This document shows, piece by piece, positions 46,082 through 55,580 of a stretch of DNA of 64,000 bases (position 1 is its first letter; each line of letters starts with the position of its first letter). The notes under the pieces are model-generated. The model saw nothing but the letters and a program-made list of their open reading frames with translations, did no database searches and was not told where the DNA came from. Origin of the DNA: an uncultured virus (IMG/VR IMGVR_UViG_3300030104_002535) (lineage: Duplodnaviria > Heunggongvirae > Uroviricota > Caudoviricetes); the IMG/VR virus record IMGVR_UViG_3300030104_002535; one strand, written 5' to 3'. A program made the translations under genes and the position numbers.

Positions 46082-48058
46082 TTATTCTTCCTCCAAAGAT
46101 TGTCCCATCTGGTCTACCAACATGCCTAATTGCATCACCTTTTCTTTTTCTTTAGCTTTCGTAGAGCTTTTGATTTCACTCAATTGTGATTTAAACTTCT
46201 CAACCTCTGTGCGTTTTCTCGAAGAAACCTGCTCACGTTCAGATGTTTGTAAATCACCACTTAGCTTCTTAACTTGATTTTCAAGCTGTGTGATATATTG
46301 TTGCATTTGTGCCATTTGTCCTTTTCTTTGAAGAACACCTTCTTTGTCAAAGATTTCAGTTTTCTTTAAAACCTCGACGTCATCTACCAGTCCAAGTTTA
46401 TACGCATCAAGATACATGTTGTATTCAGATACCTTGTTGCTAGGCAAAGTTGAACCTGATATAATGCGAATGTCATGTTGACCTAATTGAATATCATTCT
46501 CTATAGTTAACAATTCAGTTCGCTTATCATCGTACAATCTCATATTAACTGAAAATTCAGTAATATCGTTGTTTGGTTGTACAATTCTAAATGTTTTTGC
46601 AAATCTATAATGGTCTTTAGCTAGGTTGTAAACAACCTGACCTACCATTGCTAAACTTGCTTCGATATCTCTTAATTTTGATTTACCTCTAGATTCTCCC
46701 ATTTCTGATAAAAGCATAGTACCTCTAACAGACTCTGGAGCATTGTCTTTAAATCCTTGTAATAATTCTGGTATACCAAAATTTAAATCTATATATTTTT
46801 CCACCCTGTCAATTAAATAATAAAACTCGCTCGTCAAAGGAGCAGGTTGTGGATAATGAGGCTCACCAAATTCTGGGTTATATTCAATTACCGCATTTGG
46901 ATTTGCCCAATCTTTTTCTAATTGACTAACACTGTCTACACTTCCCTCTGGTATTAAAAGTTTTAAACCAGCAGCAGACTGAGCGTGTGACAAGGTCAAA
47001 GAGAATAACTTGTTTAAAAGTCTCTGAGAGTCTTTAACCTTGTTCACATCTGACTTTGGATAGGGAGTATTCGTCCAAATGTTCGTGAATGGAACAATTG
47101 GATAGATATCAGTGTTTAATATACGCTCATAAAGTAGTGTGTCTCCAATGCTACTGCATTGTGCAATTCTTGTTTGTTGTATTTCTTCAACTTGTATAGC
47201 TCCAGATTCTATAGCTCTTTCTGTTTCCTCTTCTTGAATAACTTGAAGATAAACCTCAGGGTCAATTATTTTTTCTGCTCCCGTTTGAGTATTAAACAAT
47301 CTATAATAAGGAACTCTTACTTTGTAAAATCTATCAAGTATTTGATATTTTTGATTTACACTATAATCTAAATCTTTTGCTTCAGCAGGTGTTAAAACAT
47401 TATTACTATTTTTTAAATTAGAAGAAGGATAGTCTTCGCCATATAAAGAATTAACTCCTACTTCTATATCATCAATCATTTCTTCTAATTGTGGATATAA
47501 ATCTAAAACTTGCTGTTTGGTTAAAAAAGTAGACAATATCATTCCTGACGCATCATTAAAAAACCTATCTCTAGATGCTGGGTCTACATATACTCTAAAA
47601 GGGTCTACGTGCGTATATTGTACTTCTCCTCTTCCATAATCTGCATCAGGGTCAACATATACATACATATATCCCAGTCCAGTAACAGCATAATCGTGCA
47701 CTACTTGTTTAAAAGTGCTATCACCGTTTGAAATATCCCATACATATTCTAATATAGTTCTCCAAACGTTTGCTAATTTATTATCAGAATCTTCTCTTGC
47801 AATTACAGAAAACCTTGCTGGTCTAGCTGTAAGTAAAGATTTCAATTTATCAACAGCTGCATATACTCTGTCAATAACAAAGTCAGCTTGCCCTACCGCT
47901 TGCAAAGCATCTGATTCATCGTTGCTATAATGATTCCCTAATGTAAAATCTACTGCATTTCTTGCTTCAGCGTCCCACTGTTCTCTAGCGTCTCTCCATC
48001 GCCTGAATAATTCTTTAGATATTTGTGGTTTGCTTTTATTTTCGTCGTAGTTTGCCAT
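46082..48058 (-). CDS. Portal protein (P22-like)
   Basis: 658 aa; F..G.H, G.GY, YPIVPF, KD.QR..N, C-terminal Q-rich coiled-coil barrel. Confidence 0.85.
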   Translation of the reverse strand: MANYDENKSKPQISKELFRRWRDAREQWDAEARNAVDFTLGNHYSNDESDALQAVGQADFVIDRVYAAVDKLKSLLTARPARFSVIAREDSDNKLANVWRTILEYVWDISNGDSTFKQVVHDYAVTGLGYMYVYVDPDADYGRGEVQYTHVDPFRVYVDPASRDRFFNDASGMILSTFLTKQQVLDLYPQLEEMIDDIEVGVNSLYGEDYPSSNLKNSNNVLTPAEAKDLDYSVNQKYQILDRFYKVRVPYYRLFNTQTGAEKIIDPEVYLQVIQEEETERAIESGAIQVEEIQQTRIAQCSSIGDTLLYERILNTDIYPIVPFTNIWTNTPYPKSDVNKVKDSQRLLNKLFSLTLSHAQSAAGLKLLIPEGSVDSVSQLEKDWANPNAVIEYNPEFGEPHYPQPAPLTSEFYYLIDRVEKYIDLNFGIPELLQGFKDNAPESVRGTMLLSEMGESRGKSKLRDIEASLAMVGQVVYNLAKDHYRFAKTFRIVQPNNDITEFSVNMRLYDDKRTELLTIENDIQLGQHDIRIISGSTLPSNKVSEYNMYLDAYKLGLVDDVEVLKKTEIFDKEGVLQRKGQMAQMQQYITQLENQVKKLSGDLQTSEREQVSSRKRTEVEKFKSQLSEIKSSTKAKEKEKVMQLGMLVDQMGQSLEEE

Positions 48059-48084
48059 ATACTCCCAATTTGTATTTTACGTCT

Positions 48085-48114
48085 AAAATAACAACTTTAC
48101 GACGTTGTTGTCAA
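48085..48114 (-). promoter_or_regulatory. Sigma70-like promoter for portal/head operon
   Basis: TTGACA-N18-TATTTT with TG extension on the minus strand. Confidence 0.5.
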
Positions 48115-48122
48115 GAAAAAAA

Positions 48123-49709
48123 TTATATTTTTTGTCCAGTAATCCAACTTACTGCTCTAGATGCAACGCTTTTTTCTTTATTTGACATTCTTTCTTCAAA
48201 CTTATCTAAATCTAATGCGTTGCTTTTTGGAGGCTTTGCTGTTGTTACAGCATACCATAACCCATCAAGAAGGTCGTCGTTTCTTCCCTTTGGAAACTCA
48301 TACATTTCATCTACTATTTCTTGATGTTCTTTTTTAATGTAAAGCTTTCTGCCATTAACGATAGGACATAACAGTGCTTCTAATCTATCTTCTTTTTTAA
48401 TACCACCAGGAGGTCTAACACCTTGTGATAAACCAGGAGCTAGTTTTCTATCTTTACCTGCTAACTTATTGACATGGTCTTTAATTAATCCTTGTGCACC
48501 AACTTTTTCTACATTAACCCTTCTAACTGGGTGATACCTTCTAGCAATATCTATAATTTGTTTTGGCATATCATACAAAGGAGAATGTTCTCTGTAATAA
48601 TCAATTAGATATATATTTCTTTCACTATCTATTCCGATAGTTACAATTACTTGATAGTCGCTTTTAGCATTTGCTTCATAAGCTAAGTCTACTCCCATAT
48701 ATACGTTTACTGGTATAGCAGCCTCATCTATCATCATATAATTAAAACCATTTCTATTTTCTAAATATCCTCGATAATAATGTATTCTGTCTATTAAGAA
48801 CTTAGCATTTTCTACATCTCTTGCTTCATTTAAATATTCTTGTGCAAACTTATGAACAAGACCCATATCTGTAAATCTGCTTTTAATATCTAGCAGTTTT
48901 TCTTTTGTAAAATAATTTGGCCATAAAGGTATTCCATCTAATATGGCCTTTTTATACATAACAGCCCATGCAGATTTTCTATCATCTTTCTGAGCGTCTA
49001 ACCAGCCGTCGTAAACTCCCTGGAGAAATGAGTCGTAATGGACTATTGTACCAATAAGCCATATGGAACCTTCGTTTTCTTTGGAGTTTTCTAGAGCGGG
49101 TTCTACTGTGGACATTACCCATTCTTTAATTTCCCTTCTTCTATCTGGTGTTTTTGTATTTAACTCTGACTCAAAGTCATCAAGTATAATATTTGTATAA
49201 CGTAATCCCAACTGCGAACGTCCACGCAATCTTTGAGATGTACCTTTTGCAATAATTCTATCTCCTCTTGCTGTAGTAAACTCTTTTTCTGTCCACTTAC
49301 TACCTTTCAAATCACCAAAGTAATATTGTAAAGCAGGATTCATATCAATATGGTTTTGTATGTATTTGATATGGTCAATAGCCTGAGACTGCTCTTCTGA
49401 TACCCAAGCTATAAATTGTTTTTTTTCTGGTGGTGCAAAATACAATTGATACAACAATGCTGTTTTTGCAAGTGTTGATTTAGCATGACCTCTAGGCAAT
49501 ATAATGCAGACTCTTTTTTCATCGCCTAGCAACAGGTCACTTAGCTCGTACTGGTATGGAGCAGGGCTAGACTTCATAAAATCCTCTGGCAAAAACATTT
49601 GTCCAAAAGTTATTATGTCTTTTCTAGCTAATTCTAATGCTTTTTCTTTCTGATTTAAATCAGGAGGTATTATATTAAATTGTTGAGGTTTCTTCGAATT
49701 TTTTTTCAT
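48123..49709 (-). CDS. terL: Terminase large subunit, phage B
   Basis: PRGHAKST, RLRG, IILDD.E, IGT, GVD.A, FP.G..DD..D. Confidence 0.92.
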   Translation of the reverse strand: MKKNSKKPQQFNIIPPDLNQKEKALELARKDIITFGQMFLPEDFMKSSPAPYQYELSDLLLGDEKRVCIILPRGHAKSTLAKTALLYQLYFAPPEKKQFIAWVSEEQSQAIDHIKYIQNHIDMNPALQYYFGDLKGSKWTEKEFTTARGDRIIAKGTSQRLRGRSQLGLRYTNIILDDFESELNTKTPDRRREIKEWVMSTVEPALENSKENEGSIWLIGTIVHYDSFLQGVYDGWLDAQKDDRKSAWAVMYKKAILDGIPLWPNYFTKEKLLDIKSRFTDMGLVHKFAQEYLNEARDVENAKFLIDRIHYYRGYLENRNGFNYMMIDEAAIPVNVYMGVDLAYEANAKSDYQVIVTIGIDSERNIYLIDYYREHSPLYDMPKQIIDIARRYHPVRRVNVEKVGAQGLIKDHVNKLAGKDRKLAPGLSQGVRPPGGIKKEDRLEALLCPIVNGRKLYIKKEHQEIVDEMYEFPKGRNDDLLDGLWYAVTTAKPPKSNALDLDKFEERMSNKEKSVASRAVSWITGQKI

Positions 49710-50079
49710 ATACCCTATCTAACATAATAAGTGTTTTCATTGAATGCCAGTCTCCATCAGGCACCTCTGTAAAAGTTTTGGATTTTTCCCAAAGCTTTGG
49801 TCCAGCTACATATATCCAAGCTTTCTCCGTATCTCCATTGTCCATTTTGACATTTACAGTTGTTCTTATGTACAAACCTCCGTCTACGTTTTCATATTCG
49901 TCATACATATTCAACTCTTCGTCATCTGTATCGATTAACTCTACGACAGCTCCTTTTCCTTTTTCATTCTTTATTATTGCAGGAAAAGACTGTGTTCCAG
50001 GAAATACAAGGCTAAAACCCTCTATTTTTCCTTTGTCTGGATAATCTCTTCTTAGTGTTCCGTATACAGCTAATCTCAT
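49675..50079 (-). CDS. Gamma-glutamylcyclotransferase (AIG2-like)
   Basis: VYGTLR, FPA, D.YE, Y.R, AWIY, GDW. Confidence 0.88.
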   Translation of the reverse strand: MRLAVYGTLRRDYPDKGKIEGFSLVFPGTQSFPAIIKNEKGKGAVVELIDTDDEELNMYDEYENVDGGLYIRTTVNVKMDNGDTEKAWIYVAGPKLWEKSKTFTEVPDGDWHSMKTLIMLDRVYEKKFEETSTI

Positions 50080-50303
50080 GAGTAACCTACCTCTCTAACT
50101 ATTCCTAAGTCAGTTATTTGAAAATTTACATCATACATCGTTAAACAGTTAATACATTTTAACCTATTTGTATCTTTAGTTTTAATATCCCAAATGTATA
50201 CTGCTGTTTTTCTTAAAGGATATGAACAGATGTGACAACGTTTACTTCTCGCGTGTAACTTTAACTTCTTCCAATTTTTTGACTTCTTTCCCTTGAATTG
50301 CAT
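50076..50303 (-). CDS. Small zinc-finger protein
   Basis: CxxC...CxxC. Confidence 0.5.
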   Translation of the reverse strand: MQFKGKKSKNWKKLKLHARSKRCHICSYPLRKTAVYIWDIKTKDTNRLKCINCLTMYDVNFQITDLGIVREVGYS

Positions 50304-50997
50304 TTAGTTGCTCCTTCGTAAATCCTTGAAACAATGTTACAGACTCTGTTTGTTTTTCTGTATCCATCATACCAGAAAGTTTCATTAATGTTGTTATAGC
50401 AGTAAGTTTATCTCTGTCAGAAGTACCTCCTTTATCTATTATATCACGCATTTCTTCTAATAGATATAGTGGTGTTATTTCTGCTTCTGCTAAATATTTG
50501 TCTATTTCTTCTCTAATCAATTTTTTCACCCTATCAGTTTTTAATAATAGTTTTGCTTGTGATTTAGCATAGTCTTCTTTTTTGCTAGGAAAAGCTTTCA
50601 TATATGCTTCAACCACATCATCTCCTTTTGCTACGTACTTACTAAACAAAAATTCTTTTTCTGTTACGTGTTTACGTTCTTTCTTTCTAACAGAAGGAGA
50701 TTTACCTTCAGTTGAAAAGGTGTGCATATTTGTTTTCATTGGGCCTTTCATTTGAACTTTGTCTGAACATATAAAAGAACCTATGATAGTTCTTATAAAT
50801 GTTGTTTCTTTTTTAGATTTTCTTAGAACTCCTAAATGCAAAACCTCACAGACTTGTCCGTCATCAGTTAAAACCCAGTCACCTTTATTAGAATGTCTCC
50901 AATCTCTTACAAGTGGTAGAGTTACATATTTATTTCTGAACTCCTCCACACTCTCAAAAAGGTAGTGTGTCACACCTTTAACAACTCTTTCTAACAT
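50242..50997 (-). CDS. Putative terminase small subunit (C-terminal part) with N-terminal extension
   Basis: F..Y......EAY..AF...A..LL....V...I and RDKL.A...L pattern; near terL. Confidence 0.55.
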   Translation of the reverse strand: MLERVVKGVTHYLFESVEEFRNKYVTLPLVRDWRHSNKGDWVLTDDGQVCEVLHLGVLRKSKKETTFIRTIIGSFICSDKVQMKGPMKTNMHTFSTEGKSPSVRKKERKHVTEKEFLFSKYVAKGDDVVEAYMKAFPSKKEDYAKSQAKLLLKTDRVKKLIREEIDKYLAEAEITPLYLLEEMRDIIDKGGTSDRDKLTAITTLMKLSGMMDTEKQTESVTLFQGFTKEQLNAIQGKEVKKLEEVKVTREK

Positions 50998-51004
50998 AAT
51001 TTAA

Positions 51005-51238
51005 CTATTTTTCTTCTTTTTCGTCAACGTCTTTATCAAGTTCGTCAATTACGAATCTAATATAGTTATTAGCAAGAAAACGTAGTTCATTAGCTTGTTG
51101 GTCTAATCTCATCAGTTGACCAGCAAGTTCATTAGCTCTATTGTACTGAGCTTGTGCTTCTTCTGTTAAATCAGAATATAAGAACTCTATTTCCTTACCA
51201 TCATTCATTATAGTTAGCTTTTCTTCTTTTTTAGCCAT
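51005..51238 (-). CDS. Small coiled-coil protein
   Basis: AGGAG RBS. Confidence 0.6.
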   Translation of the reverse strand: MAKKEEKLTIMNDGKEIEFLYSDLTEEAQAQYNRANELAGQLMRLDQQANELRFLANNYIRFVIDELDKDVDEKEEK

Positions 51239-51249
51239 GTTCTCTCCTA

Positions 51250-51981
51250 TTACAGTGGTCTCACCATTGGTGGTGCATGTTCTTCTAGTTTTCTATGTAA
51301 CAACTCTAATATCTCTACATCTGCGACATTATGGTCATATACATACTTTAAAGACTTTTTATCGCCCCATCTTGCTTTTTGCCAGTATTCTGGTTTGATT
51401 CTTGTTTTCCCATCAATACCAAAAAACTCTGTTGCAGCCTGCAAAGATGAACGATGTAGCTTTAATTTAGACCTAACTACATAATATAGGTCTTTATGTG
51501 ACTTTTGCCTGTACATAGGGAAGTATGTTCCGTGATATAGAGCTCTCGTTCTAATAAACGGAATATCAAACCTAGTACCATAATAAGTCATAATAACATC
51601 GTATTTGTTCATTTCTTCTACTAAAAGCTCAACAATACGTGCATCTGACTTTTCTGACATAAGCTCTTCTCTTGTAATACAAGCACCAGCAACTTTCTTT
51701 ACGCCTCTTCCTTTTATACACCAAGAAAGCATAACGTCAATATTAGCGCTAAACCCAGTAGATTCAATATCTAGGTACCCAATAGTAATCTCGTGCCCAG
51801 TTTTGTATCTCTTAGGTTTTCTAAACCCTAATGATTCTATTTTTCTAGTTACTGCTTTATACGTTCTATTGTATCCTGCTAGCCTTACTTCTTGGTACAG
51901 TTGAAATGCAGACTTGTTTGTCTTTTCATACTGATGTAGTATTACTATTTCTTCATCTGACCATAGTTTTCTTTTAGCCAT
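51250..51981 (-). CDS. RNase H-like 3'-5' exonuclease (YprB/PolB-exo type)
   Basis: LDIESTG, YYG..FD.PF, H.DLY, HN..DV. Confidence 0.85.
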   Translation of the reverse strand: MAKRKLWSDEEIVILHQYEKTNKSAFQLYQEVRLAGYNRTYKAVTRKIESLGFRKPKRYKTGHEITIGYLDIESTGFSANIDVMLSWCIKGRGVKKVAGACITREELMSEKSDARIVELLVEEMNKYDVIMTYYGTRFDIPFIRTRALYHGTYFPMYRQKSHKDLYYVVRSKLKLHRSSLQAATEFFGIDGKTRIKPEYWQKARWGDKKSLKYVYDHNVADVEILELLHRKLEEHAPPMVRPL

Positions 51982-52184
51982 TACTTGCCTCTTTCATTAT
52001 TAGTATAATTTTTATGCAATTCTAATGCAACAGCAGATAAATAAACACAAAGGTCTAATAACTCCTCAATGCTCTCTTTCAGATTGTCTCGAGTTCCGTC
52101 AATCGGCACCTGTTCGCCGTATTTTTTGGCGCCGATGTCAAGCCTATCTTTAATCATCTCTAGTATTTGGTCGTTATTAGTCAT
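51981..52184 (-). CDS. Small all-alpha NTP-pyrophosphatase-like protein
   Basis: R...G..KYG...R..L.E..EE.LD...Y. Confidence 0.45.
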   Translation of the reverse strand: MTNNDQILEMIKDRLDIGAKKYGEQVPIDGTRDNLKESIEELLDLCVYLSAVALELHKNYTNNERGK

Positions 52185-52366
52185 TTCTTAGGAAAATCCT
52201 CCATGTCTGGCCTATCTTCTTGCTCTCTCAGTACTTTTTCGTACCTTTTCCAGTCTAGGTTCTTACTTATCTTTTCAAGAGCATCTAGTTCTTGCTGTAA
52301 TTTCTGTACAATGTCTGTTCTACCTAGACTTTTAAATTTTAAGATTGCTTTTCTGATTTCTTCCAC
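52181..52366 (-). CDS. Hypothetical protein
   Basis: Operon position. Confidence 0.45.
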   Translation of the reverse strand: MEEIRKAILKFKSLGRTDIVQKLQQELDALEKISKNLDWKRYEKVLREQEDRPDMEDFPKK

Positions 52367-52638
52367 AGATAATCTCCTATTCCCAGTTGAAATAAACCAT
52401 TACTTATAGCTTCTATCTGCCTTTCATCGTGTTCTAAGCCAGTATTGTAGAAAATGGCGTGTAAAACCTCATGAATTAGTGTTTCCTGCATTCTAGATGC
52501 TGCTATTTCATCGTTTATATAAATAATATTCTCTTTTACTTCGTGTCTACCGTATAATTCTTTACGTGGGTTTTCGTGTTTTAACTCGTCAACCAGTATT
52601 TCATACGGATGTCCACCTATATTTAATTTTCTAATCAT
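52339..52638 (-). CDS. Small HExxH metallopeptidase-like protein
   Basis: ETLIHEVLHA...E. Confidence 0.75.
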   Translation of the reverse strand: MIRKLNIGGHPYEILVDELKHENPRKELYGRHEVKENIIYINDEIAASRMQETLIHEVLHAIFYNTGLEHDERQIEAISNGLFQLGIGDYLWKKSEKQS

Positions 52639-52814
52639 TTTTACCCTCCCAGTCGGTAAATGTGTACATAAAATCTAGTACGTTTGTCTTTTGTGTATGC
52701 AACTTACATTCATTTTCTTACATCAGTCAAGTAAATAATACAAATAAATAAAAATAAATCTTTAACAACAGGTAAGAAATATCTTGACAACAAAAATTTT
52801 TTCTTTGTACCTTC

Positions 52815-52880
52815 TAATACTCGGTGCTCTTAATTATATAGTGTTATTAAATCTTTTCTTTATATAATACTCGGTGCTCT
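52815..52880. repeat. 16-bp direct repeat TAATACTCGGTGCTCT x2
   Basis: Copies at 52815-52830 and 52865-52880. Confidence 0.9.
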
Positions 52881-53198
52881 AGAGACCCTTTTCAAAATTT
52901 TACCCGCCGAAATTTTTCAAAACACAAAAAAAATAATATTAACAACAAAAAACCAGACCGCCGCACTTGGTTAAAAAAATGGCCAAGATTGTGTGTGCTT
53001 CTTTTATCCACATTAGGGGTCGGGTCTTTTTCCAATTAGAAATTCTAAAATTAGGTTGAAAATTTGGATTTGGTATATATGGTTAAAAATCTCAAATAAG
53101 GGCGTATTTACCCTCATAGAATCATTTATTTGCATATTCCTATTACTTTTGTATATTGTAGCATGATAAATATTAACACTAAACGAAAGGACGTCGAG

Positions 53199-53339
53199 AT
53201 GAGACCTACTATTTCTATGAGTAAGGCCAAAGATAGGGCGATAATATGGAATATTATTAATCGCCATAGTCGTAATACTTTCACCTTAGGTGGCGAAGTA
53301 AAGACTGTAAACTATGATGACTGGTCTAACATTAGATAG
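53199..53339 (+). CDS. Stand-alone small protein (46 aa)
   Basis: Promoter-like TTGCAT..TATATT, AAGGA RBS and its own terminator. Confidence 0.55.
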   Translation: MRPTISMSKAKDRAIIWNIINRHSRNTFTLGGEVKTVNYDDWSNIR

Positions 53340-53356
53340 TACCAAGTACAAAGATA

Positions 53357-53390
53357 GGGCGGTGTGTAACAGCATCGCCTTTCTTTTTTT
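53357..53390 (+). terminator. Rho-independent terminator
   Basis: GGCGGTG-loop-CATCGCC followed by a T-rich run. Confidence 0.8.
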
Positions 53391-53537
53391 ATAATAATAT
53401 TATTTTAAGCAGCTAGACAGATTCGCCGAAATCCTCAAAATAAGGCAAATATGACCCTAAAAAACATATAGACACCTATAATAAAAGGGAGGAGGGAGTT
53501 TTGAAAGTGGTAAATAAAAATAGTAGACACATTTTCA

Positions 53538-53820
53538 ATTATACATAACATATATTATATTCAACTAATTATACATAATCCTTATTATGCTTATTCAATT
53601 ATACATAATATATATTATACTTAAATCATCATAAAAATATATATATCCTTATATAAACCTTAGCTGAATCTTTTTTAAAATTTCAATGTTTTTTTAGTTT
53701 GGCTAGATTATAGACGCATTTTTTAATATAGGGGCGATTATACATAATATATATTATGCGTACTAATATTTTTATCATCTGTGAAGAATCATCTTAAAAG
53801 ACCTTAGCTAAATCTTTTTT
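53538..53820. repeat. AT-rich iteron-like repeat field
   Basis: ATTATACATAA-N3-TATTAT at 53538, 53568, 53598 and 53738; ACCTTAGCTRAATCTTTTTT at 53657 and 53801. Confidence 0.8.
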
Positions 53821-53829
53821 AGTATTAAG

Positions 53830-53863
53830 AAAAACGCCGACCAAAATTAATTGAATCGGCGTC
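53830..53863 (-). terminator. Rho-independent terminator
   Basis: Minus strand GACGCCGAT-loop-GTCGGCGTT then T run. Confidence 0.8.
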
Positions 53864-53900
53864 TTGTGAGATAGGATTAACTGATAATATAGGGTATATA

Positions 53901-54308
53901 TTAGGATTCAGGGGTACTTACTTTGTCCTCGTCTACTATTTCGCAAACAAGTTTTAGTTGTGGCACTCCTTCGGTTTCTATGGTTGAATTTCTTTTCTTG
54001 CGTGATAGTCTTACACCATCAACAATGAAAAGTAAGTTAACGTCTGCAACATCATCAAGCATTTGAGTAATAAGCTTTTTATACTTCTTGTCTACGTTGC
54101 CTAATCTAACTAAGTGAGAATCTAATTTAGTTCCTTTAATTGCGTGAGTGTCTGCAAAACCTTCTTTCATACTTTGCACGACTTCAGGCTTTAAATTGAA
54201 CTTTTTACCTTGCTCATCAAACTTCGCCATTTGAGAGTCAAAATATTCCCTAGATACTTTTGCTATCTCAGGGGCTTGAACATCATTATTTTTATTTTTT
54301 TCACTCAT
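53901..54308 (-). CDS. Stand-alone hypothetical protein
   Basis: AAGGAG RBS before ATG 54308; TATAAT upstream; terminator downstream. Confidence 0.65.
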   Translation of the reverse strand: MSEKNKNNDVQAPEIAKVSREYFDSQMAKFDEQGKKFNLKPEVVQSMKEGFADTHAIKGTKLDSHLVRLGNVDKKYKKLITQMLDDVADVNLLFIVDGVRLSRKKRNSTIETEGVPQLKLVCEIVDEDKVSTPES

Positions 54309-54614
54309 TGTAATAACTCCTTTATAGTAGTGAATATTAACATTATAAGAGAGTTTAGACATAAACGAGCAAAAGTCCAAATAATATATAATAATCAGAT
54401 ACACATACAAAGACACTACATCATAAATATAAAATCATCAGACACTTCAAAATCATAGTCTAGTAATTGATTCTGGAAACCTCATTTTTTAGCTAGATTA
54501 TAGCTAGATAGTAGCTTTTATCTCGGTAAAATATATATAGGTTTTTTCCTTGATAAATATTAATTTAATCAGGGTTATTATATATAAACAATAAAGAAAG
54601 GTAGACGTTAAACA

Positions 54615-55082
54615 ATGACCGACACAATAACAACTTCAAAGACTTGCACTTGTTCCTGTGGACACAAGCACAAAGTCTACGAAACAATAGAAATTAAGAC
54701 GTTGCCACGTAGTATTTCTGTTTATGTTGTACCTAACGACAATGAACAAAAGACGTGGAACGTTATTATTTATAATCACTTCGTTAACGACGAAATGGTA
54801 CACGAAGCGACATCAATGAAAGATGTACATTGGTTTATTAAGAACGTCGCATTTAAAATGCACAGACTTAATCACCGATTTTCAGTAGAGATTGCAAAGT
54901 CTAAATTTGCAACTGCGACAACAATCAACAGACTAGAATTTGATGATTGGTTTAAAGACACGACGAAAGAGCGTGATACAAGACTTGACTGGTACCAAGA
55001 CGTACTAGATAAAGCTAGTCGTAAGCACGTTAGGTTAGCTAATAAGCACGAACGACTAGGATATAACAAGGACTCAAACTAA
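54615..55082 (+). CDS. Hypothetical early protein
   Basis: AAGG RBS; CxCxCGH N-terminus. Confidence 0.65.
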   Translation: MTDTITTSKTCTCSCGHKHKVYETIEIKTLPRSISVYVVPNDNEQKTWNVIIYNHFVNDEMVHEATSMKDVHWFIKNVAFKMHRLNHRFSVEIAKSKFATATTINRLEFDDWFKDTTKERDTRLDWYQDVLDKASRKHVRLANKHERLGYNKDSN

Positions 55083-55111
55083 ATTGAGTCTACAATACAA
55101 GGAACGACTAT

Positions 55112-55396
55112 ATGTTAGATAATGATACTAAGATAAAAATCGACTCGCTAGATAGACGACTAGAAAAAATACGTTCATCTGCGATTGAGTTAAAGTCTGA
55201 TATGAAGACGTTATACTCAGAACTCGGACTCTCTCAGCGTAAGATTAATACGTTAGAGTCTAAATATGGTATGTTAGTCGAAAGAATACTAGACGTTGAT
55301 AGTGTGTTCAATAAACACACAAGACAGACTAGACAAATGCTTACAGAACTAATGTACGAAATGTCCTCAAACTACGAGCTAGACAATAGGGCATAA
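55112..55396 (+). CDS. Coiled-coil hypothetical protein
   Basis: AAGGA RBS. Confidence 0.6.
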   Translation: MLDNDTKIKIDSLDRRLEKIRSSAIELKSDMKTLYSELGLSQRKINTLESKYGMLVERILDVDSVFNKHTRQTRQMLTELMYEMSSNYELDNRA

Positions 55397-55413
55397 CTTT
55401 TATATGAAGACGA

Positions 55414-55549
55414 CACAGACAAACCCAGGGACGTTTATATTAAAATGCAGACGCAGTTTTACTTATTATTTATCTGCGTTGCAGACTCCTTTCACCCTGG
55501 GCGTCTGTGCAAGAATTTTAGGTCGGTACGACAGGTCGGACGATACCGA
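55414..55549 (+). ncRNA. Candidate structured RNA upstream of GATase gene
   Basis: Three nested stems plus a downstream hairpin in an intergenic gap. Confidence 0.5.
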
Positions 55550-55580
55550 GAACGTTAATAATAGAATAGGAGAATAGACT

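Noticed and set aside
52815..52880. CRISPR array
   Set aside because: Only two 16-bp copies and no cas operon; the Cas4-like gene is a typical phage recombination nuclease next to an SSAP.
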